DNA from: Verrucomicrobiota bacterium
GTDB lineage: Bacteria > Verrucomicrobiota > Verrucomicrobiia > Opitutales > LL51
DNA: 32,000 nucleotides
Assembly (NCBI GenBank): GCA_021294815.2
Contig: CP095464.1
Coordinates: 300,001 to 332,000 of the forward strand
Direction of reading: 5' to 3'
Shown here: positions 1 to 12,634 of the stretch, piece after piece
How the letters are laid out: the number at the start of each line of letters is the position of its first letter
How positions within the stretch are numbered: the stretch's first letter is position 1
Notes under the pieces: generated by a model
Database searches by the model: none
What the model saw: the letters and a program-made list of their open reading frames with translations, nothing else
What the model was told of the DNA's origin: nothing
Program-made: the position numbers and the translations under genes

Positions 1-276
1 TGGCAGATTCAAGCGCCGCAGCGAATCAACCGTGTCCGCCGTTGGATCGTGTATGTCAATGAGGCGATCGTGCTCCTGGAGCTCGAACTGATCCATCGAT
101 TTTTTATGAATATGAGGCGAACGATTCACCGTAAAACGTTCACGTCGCGTCGGCAACGGAACAGGCCCAACGACACGTGCACCTGAACGCTTCGCCGTAT
201 CGACAATCTCCACCGCCGACTGATCAACGAGACGGTAATCAAAACTCCTCAACTTAATTCTAATTCTCTGTGCCAT
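1..276 (-). CDS. rpsJ: 30S ribosomal protein S10 (N-terminal 92 codons; gene runs off the window start)
   Basis: Absent from the ORF track because it is open at the window edge. Reverse-complement from ATG at 276..274 reads [60 protein letters not shown]..., a typical S10 sequence. It lies 19 nt downstream of the fusA stop. Confidence 0.9.
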   Translation of the reverse strand, partial: MAQRIRIKLRSFDYRLVDQSAVEIVDTAKRSGARVVGPVPLPTRRERFTVNRSPHIHKKSMDQFELQEHDRLIDIHDPTADTVDSLRRLNLP

Positions 277-295
277 ACGAACACTTTTTTCTAAA

Positions 296-2449
296 TTACG
301 ACCGCGCGGCGCCACGACTTGCGCTCTCGACAATCTGCTGCAACAAGTTTGATGGAACCTGCTCGAAATGCGAGGGCTCCATCGAATAGCTTGCACGCCC
401 TTTCGTCAACGAACGCACATCCGTCGCATATCCGAACATCATCTCCAACGGAACAAATGCCGTGATGTTGGCAAGTGCTCCTTTCGTCTCCATGCTTTGA
501 ATCTGTCCGCGACGGCGATTGAGATCACCAATCACATCACCCTGATACTCTTCTGGTGTCGAGACCTCGACCTTCATGATCGGCTCCAACAAAATCGGTC
601 CGGCTTTTTTCATCGCATCCTTGAACGCAAAGATACCGGCCATTTTAAAGGCCATTTCCGAGGAATCGACTTCATGGAAACTTCCATCAACGATATGTGC
701 GCAAAAATCAACCACTGGATATCCCGCGACAACACCATTGGTCGAACCCTCAAAAATTCCGTCTTGGGTCGGCTTGATATACTCTTTAGGAATAACACCA
801 CCGACGATTTCGTTGAGCACAGAAGTCCCCTCTCCGCGCTTCACCGGCTCCATTTTAATTACTGCATGACCATACTGACCACGACCACCGGACTGACGAA
901 TGAACTTTCCTTCACCGGTCGCTTCTTTTGTGATCGTTTCACGATAAGCAATTTGTGGACGTCCCGCAGTCGCATCAACATTAAATTCCCGGAACAGACG
1001 ATCGCGGATAATATCTAAGTGCAACTCACCCATTCCCGAAATAAGGGTCTGGCCGGTTTCCGGATTTGACGTCACTTTGAACGTTGGGTCTTCTTCGGAA
1101 AGACTCTGAAGCCCGAGCGCTAGCTTTTCTTGATCGGCTTTCGACTTCGGCTCGATCGACATACTAATAACAGGTTCTGGGAAGGTCGGTGGCTCAAGGA
1201 CACCATTAAAGGAACGATCACAAAGAGTATCCCCAGTTGCGATACCTTTGACACCGATAATTGCACAAATATCGCCTGAATAAGCCACTTCGATGTCCTC
1301 GCGAGCATCGGCCTTCATGATCATTAAGCGGCTGACACGTTCCGTCTTACGCGTTCTTGGATTATAAACCGTATCGCCTTTTTTCAGCTGCCCACTGTAA
1401 ACGCGACAGAACACGAGCTTTCCGACGTACGGGTCGCTCATTAACTTAAACCCGAGCGCCGTCATTTTTGCGCTATCATCAGGACGAATATCAATTTCTC
1501 CGCCATCATCCGCGTAGGCCTTAGTCGGCGGTAAGTCGAGGGGTGATGGCAGATAATCTACGACCGCATCGAGCAGCATCTGAACACCGCGCTTCTTAAA
1601 GGCACTCCCGGGAATAACACCAACAAAGTCGAGCGAAAGCGTCGCCTTACGAACCGCTGATCGAATTTCATCAGATGTAATTTCCTCACCTCCGAGGTAT
1701 TTTTCGGCAAGATGATCGTCGTAATCGGCGAGCGCTTCTATGAGCGACTCACGATATTTCTCAGCTTGCTCCTTATACTCCTCCGGAATCTCAACCGTAT
1801 GGAAGCGCTCCCCAAGGACATCGGTCTTGTCATAAATAAAGGCCCGCCTCTCGATTAGATCAACGAGCCCATCAAAATTATCTTCCGCACCGATGTTGAG
1901 ATAAAGCGGATGTGCGTTTTTACCGAGCTTTGTGCGGATATCTTCGATCGCACCTAAAAAGTTCGCGCCCGTGCGATCCATCTTATTGATGAACGCAATG
2001 CGTGGAACGCGGTACTTATCCATTTGGCGCCAAACAGTCTCGGACTGTGGTTGTACGCCGGCAACTGCACAAAATACCCCAACGGCGCCATCTAAGACAC
2101 GCAGCGAACGTTCTACCTCAGCGGTAAAATCGACGTGCCCTGGTGTATCAATTAAATTAATTTGGTGATTGATGCCTTTAAAAGGCCCAACACTCGTCCT
2201 CCATCCACAGCTAATGGCAGCGGAAGTAATCGTAATACCACGTTCACGCTCCTGCTCCATCCAGTCGGTTACAGCCGTTCCTTCATGGACTTCACCCATC
2301 TTATGGACAACACCAGCATAATACAAAATGCGCTCGGTAGTCGTTGTCTTTCCAGCATCAATGTGGGCTGCAATCCCGATGTTACGCGTGTACTCGAGCG
2401 GAGCCTTACGCGTCGACGCATTCGCTGAAGAAATTTTCTCGTTCGCCAT
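296..2449 (-). CDS. fusA: Elongation factor G
   Basis: 717-aa ORF with GTPase motifs [17 protein letters not shown] and NKMD and full-length EF-G-like sequence. Its position after rpsL-rpsG matches the str operon order. Confidence 0.97.
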   Translation of the reverse strand: MANEKISSANASTRKAPLEYTRNIGIAAHIDAGKTTTTERILYYAGVVHKMGEVHEGTAVTDWMEQERERGITITSAAISCGWRTSVGPFKGINHQINLIDTPGHVDFTAEVERSLRVLDGAVGVFCAVAGVQPQSETVWRQMDKYRVPRIAFINKMDRTGANFLGAIEDIRTKLGKNAHPLYLNIGAEDNFDGLVDLIERRAFIYDKTDVLGERFHTVEIPEEYKEQAEKYRESLIEALADYDDHLAEKYLGGEEITSDEIRSAVRKATLSLDFVGVIPGSAFKKRGVQMLLDAVVDYLPSPLDLPPTKAYADDGGEIDIRPDDSAKMTALGFKLMSDPYVGKLVFCRVYSGQLKKGDTVYNPRTRKTERVSRLMIMKADAREDIEVAYSGDICAIIGVKGIATGDTLCDRSFNGVLEPPTFPEPVISMSIEPKSKADQEKLALGLQSLSEEDPTFKVTSNPETGQTLISGMGELHLDIIRDRLFREFNVDATAGRPQIAYRETITKEATGEGKFIRQSGGRGQYGHAVIKMEPVKRGEGTSVLNEIVGGVIPKEYIKPTQDGIFEGSTNGVVAGYPVVDFCAHIVDGSFHEVDSSEMAFKMAGIFAFKDAMKKAGPILLEPIMKVEVSTPEEYQGDVIGDLNRRRGQIQSMETKGALANITAFVPLEMMFGYATDVRSLTKGRASYSMEPSHFEQVPSNLLQQIVESASRGAARS

Positions 2450-2461
2450 TTCCCTAATCCC

Positions 2462-2935
2462 TTACCATACGAAGTGCGCAAATGCCCGGTTCGCTTGCGC
2501 CATCCGGTGCATCTCGGCCTTCTTTTTTACGACATTACCCGTATTATTATAGGCATCAACAATCTCTTGCCCCAGTGCTTCCCGCATCGCCTTCCCCTTA
2601 CGGGATTTCGCCGACTCCACGAGCCAACGGAAGACAAGACTCTGTTGACGAACGTACGGAACCTCAACCGGTACCTGGTAAGTCGCACCGCCAACACGAC
2701 GGCTCTTTACCTCAACCTTCGGCCGGGCATTTTCTAAAACACCAAGTAAAATTTCAATCGGATCTCCCTTGGCAAGCTCCTCACTCGCATGCTCTAAAGC
2801 ACCATAGACAATCGAACACGCAAGTGAACGTTTTCCACGCTCCATGACAATATTTACGAGCTGCCCGATGAGTGAACTGTTAAACCGGGGGTCCTTCGCA
2901 AATTCCCGCTTCTCTGCTCTACGACGTCGCGACAT
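2462..2935 (-). CDS. rpsG: 30S ribosomal protein S7
   Basis: 157-aa ORF of S7-family sequence (KSRRVGGATYQVPVEV). It lies between rpsL and fusA with 9-12 nt spacers. Confidence 0.97.
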   Translation of the reverse strand: MSRRRRAEKREFAKDPRFNSSLIGQLVNIVMERGKRSLACSIVYGALEHASEELAKGDPIEILLGVLENARPKVEVKSRRVGGATYQVPVEVPYVRQQSLVFRWLVESAKSRKGKAMREALGQEIVDAYNNTGNVVKKKAEMHRMAQANRAFAHFVW

Positions 2936-2944
2936 AATTCTTTT

Positions 2945-3328
2945 CTATTTCTTTGCCCCTTTCGGCCGTTTTACCCCGTACTTCGAACGACTCCGACGCC
3001 GTTTTTCAACACCCGAACAGTCGAGCGCACCGCGTACAATGTGATACCGTACACCCGGAAGGTCCTTCACACGCCCACCTCGTACCAGTACAATGCTGTG
3101 CTCTTGAAGACTATGCCCTTCGTCGGGAATGTATGCAATGACTTCAAAACCACTGGTTAACCGGACTTTCGCAACTTTACGAATCGCTGAATTCGGTTTC
3201 TTAGGCGTACGGGTCATCACCTGAATACAGACTCCCCGCCGAAATGGATTTTTACGTAACGCCGGCGCCTTCGATTTTCCACGGACGTTTACACGCGGCG
3301 ACTTAACTAACTGATTAATGGTAGGCAT
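2945..3328 (-). CDS. rpsL: 30S ribosomal protein S12
   Basis: 127-aa ORF with S12 hallmarks [11 protein letters not shown] and [14 protein letters not shown]. The streptomycin-relevant lysines are in the wild-type state. Confidence 0.97.
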   Translation of the reverse strand: MPTINQLVKSPRVNVRGKSKAPALRKNPFRRGVCIQVMTRTPKKPNSAIRKVAKVRLTSGFEVIAYIPDEGHSLQEHSIVLVRGGRVKDLPGVRYHIVRGALDCSGVEKRRRSRSKYGVKRPKGAKK

Positions 3329-3417
3329 TCAAAAACAACGTTCAGTTTCTCGTCAAACTATAAGTCACGGGCCCTAAATCAAGTTTTTATTTAAAAATTC
3401 TATTAACCACTGATTTT

Positions 3418-4653
3418 TTACTTCTGTACCGGGAAATCTCGATAACGTTCTCCGAACCCATAATGCTCAATCACATAATCGAGATCTTTATCTCCCCTAC
3501 CACTTAGATTGACCAGAATCGATCCATGATCCATATCTTTGACACGACGCATCGCATAGGCAACGGCATGTGCACTTTCAAGTGCTGGAATAATTCCCTC
3601 ATAGCGTGACAATTTAAAAAACGCATCGACTGCCTCTTCATCGCTCACTGTATCATACTGCACCCGTCCTATATCGTGTAAAAAGGCATGCTCGGGACCA
3701 ACGGATGGATAATCGAGCCCACTTGCAATGGAATACACCGGCGCCGGATTGCCCTTGGGATCTTTGAGCATAATACTGTTAAATCCATGCATCACACCCT
3801 CCGAACCGTAACGCATCGACGCCGCATGATCCCCCATCTGCTCACCACGCCCCAATGGCTCAACGCCAACGATTTCAACCGGATCCCCTAAAAAAGCCTC
3901 AAACATCCCAATCGAATTACTCCCGCCGCCTACACAGGCTACGACAACATCTGGCAGTGTCCCAGTCATCTCTAAAAACTGCTCCCGAGCTTCCACCCCA
4001 ACAACCCGCTGAAAATCGCGCACGATCATCGGGAACGGATGCGGCCCCACTGCTGAACCGATACAATAGATCGTCTCTCTATAGTTTTTAAGATAATCCT
4101 CAAATGCCGCATCAACCGCCTCTTTCAGCGTTTTGAGCCCTGCCGTCACCGGAACGACCTCGGCACCCAAGACCTTCATCCGGGCAACATTTGGCGCCTG
4201 TTTCTCGATATCGACCTCTCCCATGTAGATCGTACACTCCAAACCAAAGAACGCTGCTGCCGTCGCCATGGCCACCCCATGCTGTCCGGCCCCCGTTTCT
4301 GCGATAACACGTTTTTTGCCTAAAAACTTCGCCAACAAACTTTCACCGATACAGTGATTCAGCTTATGTGCCCCGGTATGGTTAAGATCCTCTCGCTTGA
4401 GATAAATCTGTCCCAATCCGAGTTTCTTCGACAACCGCTCGCAATGATAAACCGGTGTCGGCCGACCCTGAAACTCTTTCTGAATTCGGCGCAACTCGCT
4501 GATAAACTGTGACGATTGACTGACCGTCCAATAAGCCTTAGTGATATCCTGAAACGCCGGCACCAACTCTGAGGGCAGATAAGCGCCCCCGTAATTGCCA
4601 AACCGGCCTTCCGCATCTGGATAATCTTTAAGATAACGTGAAAAATCCATCAT
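3418..4653 (-). CDS. trpB: Tryptophan synthase beta chain (TrpB1-type), no adjacent trpA
   Basis: 411-aa ORF with the PLP-lysine motif HTGAHK, plus [27 protein letters not shown] and PALESAHA. It starts 31 nt after the rpoC stop. There are two adjacent ATGs (4653 and 4650). Confidence 0.9.
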   Translation of the reverse strand: MMDFSRYLKDYPDAEGRFGNYGGAYLPSELVPAFQDITKAYWTVSQSSQFISELRRIQKEFQGRPTPVYHCERLSKKLGLGQIYLKREDLNHTGAHKLNHCIGESLLAKFLGKKRVIAETGAGQHGVAMATAAAFFGLECTIYMGEVDIEKQAPNVARMKVLGAEVVPVTAGLKTLKEAVDAAFEDYLKNYRETIYCIGSAVGPHPFPMIVRDFQRVVGVEAREQFLEMTGTLPDVVVACVGGGSNSIGMFEAFLGDPVEIVGVEPLGRGEQMGDHAASMRYGSEGVMHGFNSIMLKDPKGNPAPVYSIASGLDYPSVGPEHAFLHDIGRVQYDTVSDEEAVDAFFKLSRYEGIIPALESAHAVAYAMRRVKDMDHGSILVNLSGRGDKDLDYVIEHYGFGERYRDFPVQK

Positions 4654-4684
4654 CCACTCTTCTTTTACACTGAATACCGGAACA

Positions 4685-7600
4685 TCAATACGTCGACATC
4701 ACCACTTCCATGGTATCAATCGCACTGATCTCAGGTGCTTCTGCCTCAGGCGTCTCGGCAAGTTCCACTGGCTGCACTTTGAGACGCCGATACGTCGGCA
4801 AACCACTGCCCGCCGGAATCAAATGTCCCATAATGACGTTCTCTTTAAACCCACGCAGTTCATCGACCTTCCCCAAGGTTGCCGCATCCGTCAAAACACG
4901 TGTCGTCTCCTGGAAGGAAGCCGCCGAAATAAAGCTTTCGGTCTCTAGCGAAGATTTCGTAATCCCCAACAGCACCGGTTCCGCATCCGCTGCCTTACCG
5001 CCGGCCTCGATAATCTCCCGGTTCTTGGCGTAAAACTCATCTTTTTCGATCTGCTCACCCCAGAAGAAATCTGAATCCCCAGGATCCGTTACGCGGACCT
5101 TTCTCAGCATCCGTGCGACCACCAGCTCGATATGTTTATCGTTAATTGTCACGCCCTGCATCCGATAGACCTTCTGAACCTCAGAAATCAGGTATTCCTG
5201 GACTGCCGAAGCTCCCAAGATATTGAGAATCTCATGCGGATCGGCCGCACCTTCCGTCAGGTTCTGCCCGCGATTCACGAAATCACCTTCATGGACCACA
5301 AGATTTGTCCCATGCGGAATCAGATGTTCCTCGCGATGCCCTGTTTCGGTATCGGTCACCCAGACACGCTTCTTATTACGGATCATTCCGCCGAACGAAA
5401 CAACCCCATCGATCTTTGCCATCTCCGCGGCTTCTTTCGGTCGACGTGCTTCAAACAGCTCCGCTACCCGCGGCAAACCACCGGTAATATCCTGCGTCTT
5501 AGAAGCTGATCTCGGTGTTTTCGCCAATAGCGACCCTCCAAGGATCTGATTCCCTTCTTCAACCAGTACCTGCGCCCCCGTCGGAATCTGATAAGCTGCG
5601 GTTACTTTGCCCTCATCGTCGACAATCTCAATGGTCGGTACAAGCTCTTCCTTGTGTTCAATGACCACTGTCGTAATACGCCCGCTGGCTTCATCGATAT
5701 CACGCTTCACCGTAATGCCAGAGATGATATCTTTAAATTGGATACGCCCGGAAAACTCCGCGATAATCGGCACATTATGTGGATCCCAAGCCGCAATAAG
5801 GTCGTCTTTCTTGACACTCACACCATCCTCTTGCAACAGAACGGTTCCTGGAACAATTCCGTAACTTTCAATCTCCTGCCCCCGCTGATCCGATAAAATC
5901 AACCGCCCGGTCCGATTGAGTACAATACTCGCACCCTCAGCTGTTCGAACAAGCTTCAATCCTTCTTGATGGAGAACACCATCCGCCTTGGCACGATGCT
6001 CTGGAGCTTTCAGGAACTTATTCGCAACACCACCGACGTGGAAAGTTCGAAGCGTTAGCTGTGTTCCTGGTTCCCCAATTGATTGTGCAGCGATAATTCC
6101 GACGGCCGATCCCGGAGCGACCATCTGGTTTGTCGCTGGATCAATTCCGTATGCCACTGCAGGGATACCGTTATTATTCATCCCGGTTAATGGTGACAGA
6201 ACTTTAACACGTTCGATCCCCGCTTCTTCGATCTTTTGGGCAATTGCTGGTGTAATGAGTTCACCGCTACAAACAAACTTTTCTTCGGGATTGGTCGGAT
6301 TGGTAACATCTTCGGCCGCACAGCGCCCGGCAATGCGTTCCTGCAAACTCACAACCTCGGAATCGCCATCCATGATCGCCTGTTTCCAAATACCATTTCG
6401 ATTGCCATCATCTTCACATTCTACGATACAATCCATCGCAACATCACAAAGCTTACGTGTCATGTATCCCGCATCGGCCGTTTTGAGCGCGGTATCGGCA
6501 AGTCCTTTACGTGCACCGTGTGTTGAAATAAAGTACTCCAGAACCGATAAACCCTCACGGAACGAGGAGAGAATCGGTCGCTCGATGATTTCGCCGGATG
6601 GTGTTGCCATGAGACCACGCATACCACAGAGCTGACGGACCTGCTGCCGGTTACCGCGGGCGCCAGAATCCATCATCAAGTAAACCGGGTTGATGTAATC
6701 GCGGCCCTCATTTTTCATCAGGCGATCGAAGACGACCTGCGCGACTTCGTCAGTGGCATTCGTCCAGATATCGACAATCTTGTTATGTCGTTCACCTGTG
6801 GTAATAATACCTTTCTTAAACTGACGATCGACTTCGTCGACTTTTTGACGTGCATCGGCTATCACCTCGTCCTTTTCGGGTGGAACGATCATATCGTTGA
6901 CTCCGATGGAGAGACCCGCTTTCATAGCGGTATAGAACCCGAGGTTTTTGAGTCGATCGAGCATCGCGACTGCCTCTTTTTGTCCAGCTACCTTGTAGGT
7001 ACCCATGATGAGGTCCCCAAGTTTACCCTTTCCGACAGAGACATTCACAAAGCCTAAATCTTTCGGGAAAATCTGATTAAAAATCACACGACCAACGGTC
7101 GTTTTGAGGAGTCGATCCTTGCGATTCCCGTAGAGTGTCTCGCGGTCATAATCGGGGTTCTCGATATAGATCCAATCATGCTTTGTAACCGCGCCTTGGG
7201 CTTCGGCCATAAGGACTTCCTCGACACTTCCCATAATTGGGATGCGCTTGGAATCATCGTAACGGGGCTCGTAGGTGAGATAGTAGATGCCCAAGATAAT
7301 ATCTTGCGAAGGCGTCAAAATTGGCTTTCCGCTCGACGGCGAAAACATGTTATGCGTCGCCATCATCAGGAGTTTACACTCCATCACAGCTTCTATGGAT
7401 AACGGTACATGGACTGCCATCTGGTCACCATCGAAGTCTGCGTTAAATGGTGTACAAACGAGCGGATGTAGGCGAATTGCTTCTCCTTCGATGAGGATCG
7501 GTTCAAAGGCCTGGATCGAAAGACGGTGTAGCGTCGGCGCACGGTTCAGGAGAATCGGATGTTCACGCGTTACTTCTTCTAAAATATCCCATACTTCGGG

Positions 7601-8821
7601 GTCTTGGCGCTCGATCATCTTCCGTGCACTTCGAACGGTGTGGACAAAACCTAACTCCTTAAGACGCCGGATAATAAAGGGCTCAAACAGCACAAGAGCC
7701 ATCTTTTTCGGAAGACCACATTGGTGTAGTTTTAATTCGGGCCCGATAACGATGACCGAACGGCCACTGTAGTCGACGCGCTTTCCGAGCAGATTTTGAC
7801 GAAAACGTCCCTGTTTTCCTTTTAGCATATCGCCCAGCGACTTTAAGGGACGATTGCCAGCACCGAGGACGGATTTTCCATGACGTCCATTATCAAAGAG
7901 CGCATCGACCGCTTCCTGGAGCATCCGCATCTCATTATGGATAATGACATCCGGTGTCTTGAGCTGCATCAGGCTTTTTAAGCGGTTATTGCGGTTAATT
8001 ACCCGACGGTAGAGGTCGTTTAGATCGCTCGTCGCAAACCGGCCGCCATCGAGCGGAACAAGAGGACGCAAATCTGGCGGTAAAATTGGGAGCGCTTCAA
8101 GAATCATCCACTCCGGGCGTGATCCCGAACGCAAAAAACCAGAGACCAATTTGAGCCGTTTCGCTAGCTTTTTTTTCGTCTGCTTGGCGTTGGTCGCGTA
8201 CATCTCCTCTTGGATGTTGTATACCATCTCCTCGAGGTCCATTTCCGACAAAATCTCACGAACCGCAACCGCTCCCATTTTTGCGATAAACGCGTCATCG
8301 CCGTATTCGCTGCGCAATAAATCGTACTCCGCTTCTTGCAAAAGCTGCCCCTTTTTCAACGGCGTCATCCCGGGATCGGTCACCATGTAGCTCTCATAGT
8401 AGACTACCTTTTCGATATCCCGAACCGACATATCCAAAAACAACCCCAGACGGCTGGGTAAGCTCTTTAAAAACCAGATGTGCGCAATAGGCACCGCGAG
8501 CTCGACATGCCCCATGTGTTCCCGACGCGTTTTAGATAGTGTTACTTCAACGCCACAACGGTCACAGACGACACCCTTGTACTTAATGCGTTTGTATTTT
8601 CCGCAAGCGCACTCGTAGTCCTTCACCGGCCCGAAAATTCGTTGGCAAAATAACCCGCCGGGTTCCGGCTTAAATGTCCGATAATTAATCGTCTCCGGAT
8701 TTTTGACCTCGCCTTTCGACCACGAACGGATCGCATCGGGCGATGCAAGCGAAATCGCTACAGTATCAAAATCGCTCTCCTGGTTAAAACCCAAAAACTC
8801 CCTAACTTCTTCGGTACTCAT
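4685..8821 (-). CDS. rpoC: DNA-directed RNA polymerase subunit beta'
   Basis: 1378-aa ORF with the catalytic [12 protein letters not shown] motif and N-terminal zinc-binding cysteines (CACGKY...CDRCGVEV). AAGGAG lies upstream of the ATG, and the gene starts 12 nt after rpoB. Confidence 0.98.
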   Translation of the reverse strand: MSTEEVREFLGFNQESDFDTVAISLASPDAIRSWSKGEVKNPETINYRTFKPEPGGLFCQRIFGPVKDYECACGKYKRIKYKGVVCDRCGVEVTLSKTRREHMGHVELAVPIAHIWFLKSLPSRLGLFLDMSVRDIEKVVYYESYMVTDPGMTPLKKGQLLQEAEYDLLRSEYGDDAFIAKMGAVAVREILSEMDLEEMVYNIQEEMYATNAKQTKKKLAKRLKLVSGFLRSGSRPEWMILEALPILPPDLRPLVPLDGGRFATSDLNDLYRRVINRNNRLKSLMQLKTPDVIIHNEMRMLQEAVDALFDNGRHGKSVLGAGNRPLKSLGDMLKGKQGRFRQNLLGKRVDYSGRSVIVIGPELKLHQCGLPKKMALVLFEPFIIRRLKELGFVHTVRSARKMIERQDPEVWDILEEVTREHPILLNRAPTLHRLSIQAFEPILIEGEAIRLHPLVCTPFNADFDGDQMAVHVPLSIEAVMECKLLMMATHNMFSPSSGKPILTPSQDIILGIYYLTYEPRYDDSKRIPIMGSVEEVLMAEAQGAVTKHDWIYIENPDYDRETLYGNRKDRLLKTTVGRVIFNQIFPKDLGFVNVSVGKGKLGDLIMGTYKVAGQKEAVAMLDRLKNLGFYTAMKAGLSIGVNDMIVPPEKDEVIADARQKVDEVDRQFKKGIITTGERHNKIVDIWTNATDEVAQVVFDRLMKNEGRDYINPVYLMMDSGARGNRQQVRQLCGMRGLMATPSGEIIERPILSSFREGLSVLEYFISTHGARKGLADTALKTADAGYMTRKLCDVAMDCIVECEDDGNRNGIWKQAIMDGDSEVVSLQERIAGRCAAEDVTNPTNPEEKFVCSGELITPAIAQKIEEAGIERVKVLSPLTGMNNNGIPAVAYGIDPATNQMVAPGSAVGIIAAQSIGEPGTQLTLRTFHVGGVANKFLKAPEHRAKADGVLHQEGLKLVRTAEGASIVLNRTGRLILSDQRGQEIESYGIVPGTVLLQEDGVSVKKDDLIAAWDPHNVPIIAEFSGRIQFKDIISGITVKRDIDEASGRITTVVIEHKEELVPTIEIVDDEGKVTAAYQIPTGAQVLVEEGNQILGGSLLAKTPRSASKTQDITGGLPRVAELFEARRPKEAAEMAKIDGVVSFGGMIRNKKRVWVTDTETGHREEHLIPHGTNLVVHEGDFVNRGQNLTEGAADPHEILNILGASAVQEYLISEVQKVYRMQGVTINDKHIELVVARMLRKVRVTDPGDSDFFWGEQIEKDEFYAKNREIIEAGGKAADAEPVLLGITKSSLETESFISAASFQETTRVLTDAATLGKVDELRGFKENVIMGHLIPAGSGLPTYRRLKVQPVELAETPEAEAPEISAIDTMEVVMSTY

Positions 8822-8833
8822 CGAAATATCTCC

Positions 8834-11800
8834 TTACGCGTCCGCGACCTCCTCATGCTCGAGTCGGATGTCGAGACAGAGGCTCTGGATTTCTTTTAAC
8901 AATACATTAAACGACTGCGGCATCCCGGCTTGAAGCGATTTATCACCCTTAACGATCGACTCATACGCCTTCGTACGACCTTGGACATCATCCGATTTGA
9001 TCGTCAGCATTTCTTGCAATGTGTACGCCGCACCGTACGCCTCGAGCGCCCAGACCTCCATCTCTCCCAGTCGCTGCCCACCATACTGCGCTTTACCGCC
9101 CAGCGGCTGCTGAGTAATGAGACTGTACGGACCAACGGCACGGGCGTGAATCTTATCGGCAACTAAGTGATTGAGCTTCATCATGTACATACACCCAACG
9201 ACGACTTCCTGGTCAAAGGGTTCTCCTGTCCGTCCATCGTAGAGCACCGTTTTTCCGCTTTCTGGTAACCCGGCTTTTTTCAAATACGCATGAACTTCGG
9301 ATTCTGGAACACCGTCAAATACCGGTGTCGCGATCTTGATACCGAGCTTTTGGCACACCCAACCGAGGTGTGTCTCCAAAACCTGTCCGACATTCATACG
9401 GCTCGGAACACCCAATGGGTTCAAAATAACATCAACTGGTGTCCCATCCGGTAAAAATGGCATATCCTCGCGGTGAACAACCTTTGAAACAACACCCTTG
9501 TTACCGTGACGTCCCGCCATCTTATCACCGACGTGGATCTTTCGTTTATTGGCGATATAAACTTTGACGTTTTTAATAATGCCGCTCTCACCGATATCGC
9601 CAGCCTCGATGGCTTCGATCTTCTGAACACGCTCGTTCTCCAAATCGATAAATTTTTGGCGGTATGCGTCGACGATCTCTAAAATTCGGTTTTTGACCGG
9701 TGACGCCGGAATCGAAAGCGTATCAAAACATGCCGCGATTCGCCGTAATAAGGTCTTGGTGATTTTCCGATTCGCCGGAATGATCACTTCGCCACTATCG
9801 CTATTCGAAATGTCGAGCGGGATCTTTTCCCCCAACAAAATGCTCGATAGCGATTCCGTAAGATCGTCCTGTAAGCGCTCAAGCTGACCCCGAAACTCCT
9901 CATTCGCCTTCTTAACGCGACGACGGATATCGGACTCCGAAGCTTCTTCCTTTTCGTGATCAATATTGCTCGAAAACTTGACGTCCATCACGATCCCCTC
10001 GCACCCCGGTGGGACGAGCAACGACGTATCTTTAACGTCGGCCGCTTTTTCCCCAAAGATCGCCCGCAATAGTTTCTCTTCTGGGGCGAGATCGGTTTCG
10101 CTTTTGGGTGTAATCTTTCCGACAAGAATATCACCCGCTTTGACCTCCGCACCAATACGAATAATCCCATCGCGGTTCAAATTCTTCAGCGCCTCATCGC
10201 CGACATTCGGGATATCACGGGTAATCTCTTCCGCTCCAAGCTTCGTATCGCGTGCGATCACCTCGAACTCTTCGATGTGAACTGAGGTAAAGACATCCTC
10301 CTTCACGAGGCGGTCACTTAAAATGATTGCGTCTTGGAAGTTGTACCCATTCCACGGCATGAATGCGACCAATACGTTTCTTCCCAACGCAAGCTCGCCC
10401 TGATCTGTTCCTGCGCCATCCGCTAATGGGTCCCCGATCTGGACCTTTTGTCCCTTTTGAACAATTGGCCGCTGATTAAAGCACGTCGCCGCGTTCGAAC
10501 GGATAAATTTACGCAAATTATAAACAAAAATCCCGGCGTTGGGATTCCCCTTAGCGTCGAACTTTTTAGGCAATGTCCCATCAGGCGTGACCACGATCCG
10601 CGTCGCATCCACCGATGCCACAACACCTTCGCTGAGTGACGATACAACGCTTTTTGAATCAACCGCAGCTTTCCGCTCGAGACCAGTCCCAACAAATGGA
10701 GCCTCTGGCGACAATAACGGAACCCCCTGACGTTGCATGTTCGATCCCATCAACGCCCGTGAGGTATCATCGTGCTCTAGGAACGGAATCAGACCCGCCG
10801 CTACGGAAATGACCTGCTTCGGCGACACATCCATGTAATCCACCTTCTCGGGTTCGACCTCGAGAATCATATCGCGTTGACGAGCGGCAACGAGTCCTAA
10901 CAGATGGCCATTTTTGTCCATCTCCGAGTTTGCTTGGGCAATAATATGCCCCGCTTCGTCCGTCGCGTCAAGATATACGACCTCGTCCGTTACCTTCCCT
11001 TTTTTAACCACACGGTACGGCGTCTCTATGAAACCAAATTCGTTGACACGCGCAAAAATACTTAACGAGTTAATGAGACCGATATTGGGACCTTCCGGAG
11101 TCTCGATCGGGCAGATCCGACCATAATGCGACATGTGCACATCGCGGACCTCAAATCCCGCGCGCTCCCGGCTCAGACCTCCAGGGCCCAATGCCGATAG
11201 ACGACGCTTGTGGGCGAGTTCCGAAAGCGGATTGATCTGATCCATGAACTGTGAGAGTTGGCTTCGGGCAAAGAAATCCCGAACTGCCGCCATAAAGATC
11301 TTGGGATTGACGAGCTTCTGCGGCACAATCGTATCGACACTGTTATCAAAGAGCGCCATACGTTCACGGATCAGCCGTTCCATTCGGCTCAATCCCGCGC
11401 GACACTGGTTTACCAAGAGTTCACCAACATTACGTACGCGACGGTTACCGAGGTGATCGATATCATCGACGACCTCCTCACCCTTCCGTAGCCGACACAG
11501 GTACTTCGTCGCGGCCACGATATCTGCAGTATCAATTAAACGATCCTCGAGATCTTTATTGAGCCCAAGTTTTTGGTTTAATTTCTTCCGCCCGACGCGC
11601 CCCAAATCGTAGCGTTTCCGCTCTAAGAAGAGTCTCGACATCATACCGGCGGCGTTATTAGCCGTCACCGGTTCTCCAGGTCGGAGACGCTTATAAATTT
11701 CCCGCAACGCGTCCTCGGTATTTTTGGTAGGATCTTTTTTAAGCGTCCGAACAATCAAGCCGTCATCAATCTCGACATTTACGACTTCAATCTTTTCGAT

Positions 11801-12598
11801 ACCTGCTCCCTCAAAGGCCTGGAGGAGTCCTTTAGATAAAACCTCATGCGCGCGCGCAAGCACAACACCTTCTTTTGCATCAACAACATCGTCGATCAAA
11901 ATGTAATTTGCCAAGTTGGCAGCCGAGTAAAGGGCACTGACCTTTTTATTCTCAATTCGGTAAAACAAACGAAGGACATCGTGGTCGGAGCTATTACCAA
12001 ACGCGCGGAGTAAGGTCGTTAATAAAAATTTACGGCGGCGACGGCGACGGTCAAGATAAACATACAGCAAATCACTCTGGTCGAACTGGACTTCTAACCA
12101 CGTCCCGCGGTCTGGAATAATACGAAAAGCATGAAGTGATTTTCCACTGGCGTGTATCGTCTCTTCGAAGTTAATCCCTGGAGAGCGATGGAGCTGGCTG
12201 ACAACGACGCGTTCAGCACCATTGATAACAAAGGATCCACGGCTGCCCATAACCGGTAGTTCGCCAAAGTAGATTTCCTCCTCGCGCATCTCACCTTCTT
12301 CGCATAGTCGAAGGGTCACGTAGAGCGATGCACCATAGGTCGTCCCATCGCGGACACAAAAGTCTTCGTTATGTCGAGGCTCGCCCATGCGGTAGGAGAC
12401 ATACTCCAGTCGGCACTTTCCGTCGTAGCTCTCAACGGGGAAAAAGTCCCGAAATACGCTCTCGATCCCGACGTTTTTCCGGTTTCCAACAGCGACACCA
12501 CTCTGTAAAAACTCCTTAAAAGAATTGATCTGATTTTCTATGAAATTGGGCGGACTTACGACCTCTGCCAACTTACCGAAGTTAATTCTATCAGCCAT
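8834..12598 (-). CDS. rpoB: DNA-directed RNA polymerase subunit beta
   Basis: 1254-aa ORF with conserved beta-subunit blocks (GDKMAGRHGNKGVVS, NMQRQ, LGEMEVWALEAYGAA). Confidence 0.98.
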   Translation of the reverse strand: MADRINFGKLAEVVSPPNFIENQINSFKEFLQSGVAVGNRKNVGIESVFRDFFPVESYDGKCRLEYVSYRMGEPRHNEDFCVRDGTTYGASLYVTLRLCEEGEMREEEIYFGELPVMGSRGSFVINGAERVVVSQLHRSPGINFEETIHASGKSLHAFRIIPDRGTWLEVQFDQSDLLYVYLDRRRRRRKFLLTTLLRAFGNSSDHDVLRLFYRIENKKVSALYSAANLANYILIDDVVDAKEGVVLARAHEVLSKGLLQAFEGAGIEKIEVVNVEIDDGLIVRTLKKDPTKNTEDALREIYKRLRPGEPVTANNAAGMMSRLFLERKRYDLGRVGRKKLNQKLGLNKDLEDRLIDTADIVAATKYLCRLRKGEEVVDDIDHLGNRRVRNVGELLVNQCRAGLSRMERLIRERMALFDNSVDTIVPQKLVNPKIFMAAVRDFFARSQLSQFMDQINPLSELAHKRRLSALGPGGLSRERAGFEVRDVHMSHYGRICPIETPEGPNIGLINSLSIFARVNEFGFIETPYRVVKKGKVTDEVVYLDATDEAGHIIAQANSEMDKNGHLLGLVAARQRDMILEVEPEKVDYMDVSPKQVISVAAGLIPFLEHDDTSRALMGSNMQRQGVPLLSPEAPFVGTGLERKAAVDSKSVVSSLSEGVVASVDATRIVVTPDGTLPKKFDAKGNPNAGIFVYNLRKFIRSNAATCFNQRPIVQKGQKVQIGDPLADGAGTDQGELALGRNVLVAFMPWNGYNFQDAIILSDRLVKEDVFTSVHIEEFEVIARDTKLGAEEITRDIPNVGDEALKNLNRDGIIRIGAEVKAGDILVGKITPKSETDLAPEEKLLRAIFGEKAADVKDTSLLVPPGCEGIVMDVKFSSNIDHEKEEASESDIRRRVKKANEEFRGQLERLQDDLTESLSSILLGEKIPLDISNSDSGEVIIPANRKITKTLLRRIAACFDTLSIPASPVKNRILEIVDAYRQKFIDLENERVQKIEAIEAGDIGESGIIKNVKVYIANKRKIHVGDKMAGRHGNKGVVSKVVHREDMPFLPDGTPVDVILNPLGVPSRMNVGQVLETHLGWVCQKLGIKIATPVFDGVPESEVHAYLKKAGLPESGKTVLYDGRTGEPFDQEVVVGCMYMMKLNHLVADKIHARAVGPYSLITQQPLGGKAQYGGQRLGEMEVWALEAYGAAYTLQEMLTIKSDDVQGRTKAYESIVKGDKSLQAGMPQSFNVLLKEIQSLCLDIRLEHEEVADA

Positions 12599-12634
12599 AC
12601 ACGCAAAAAATAACGAAATGTAATCTCTTCATAT

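Noticed and set aside
368-1018. 216-aa plus-strand ORF antisense to fusA. Similar cases are 576..869, 5988..6635 and 7287..7772 opposite rpoC, 12711..13070 opposite rplL, and 13887..14339 opposite rplA.
   Set aside because: All are shadow ORFs opposite strongly conserved genes, and none shows family-like sequence features.
3329-3417. Promoter for rpsL in the trpB-rpsL spacer (TATAGT -10-like box on the minus strand)
   Set aside because: The only good -35-like hexamer (TTGATT) is 14 nt away, which is too close, and the alternatives are weak. I cannot support a specific promoter call, and read-through from rpoC-trpB is equally possible.
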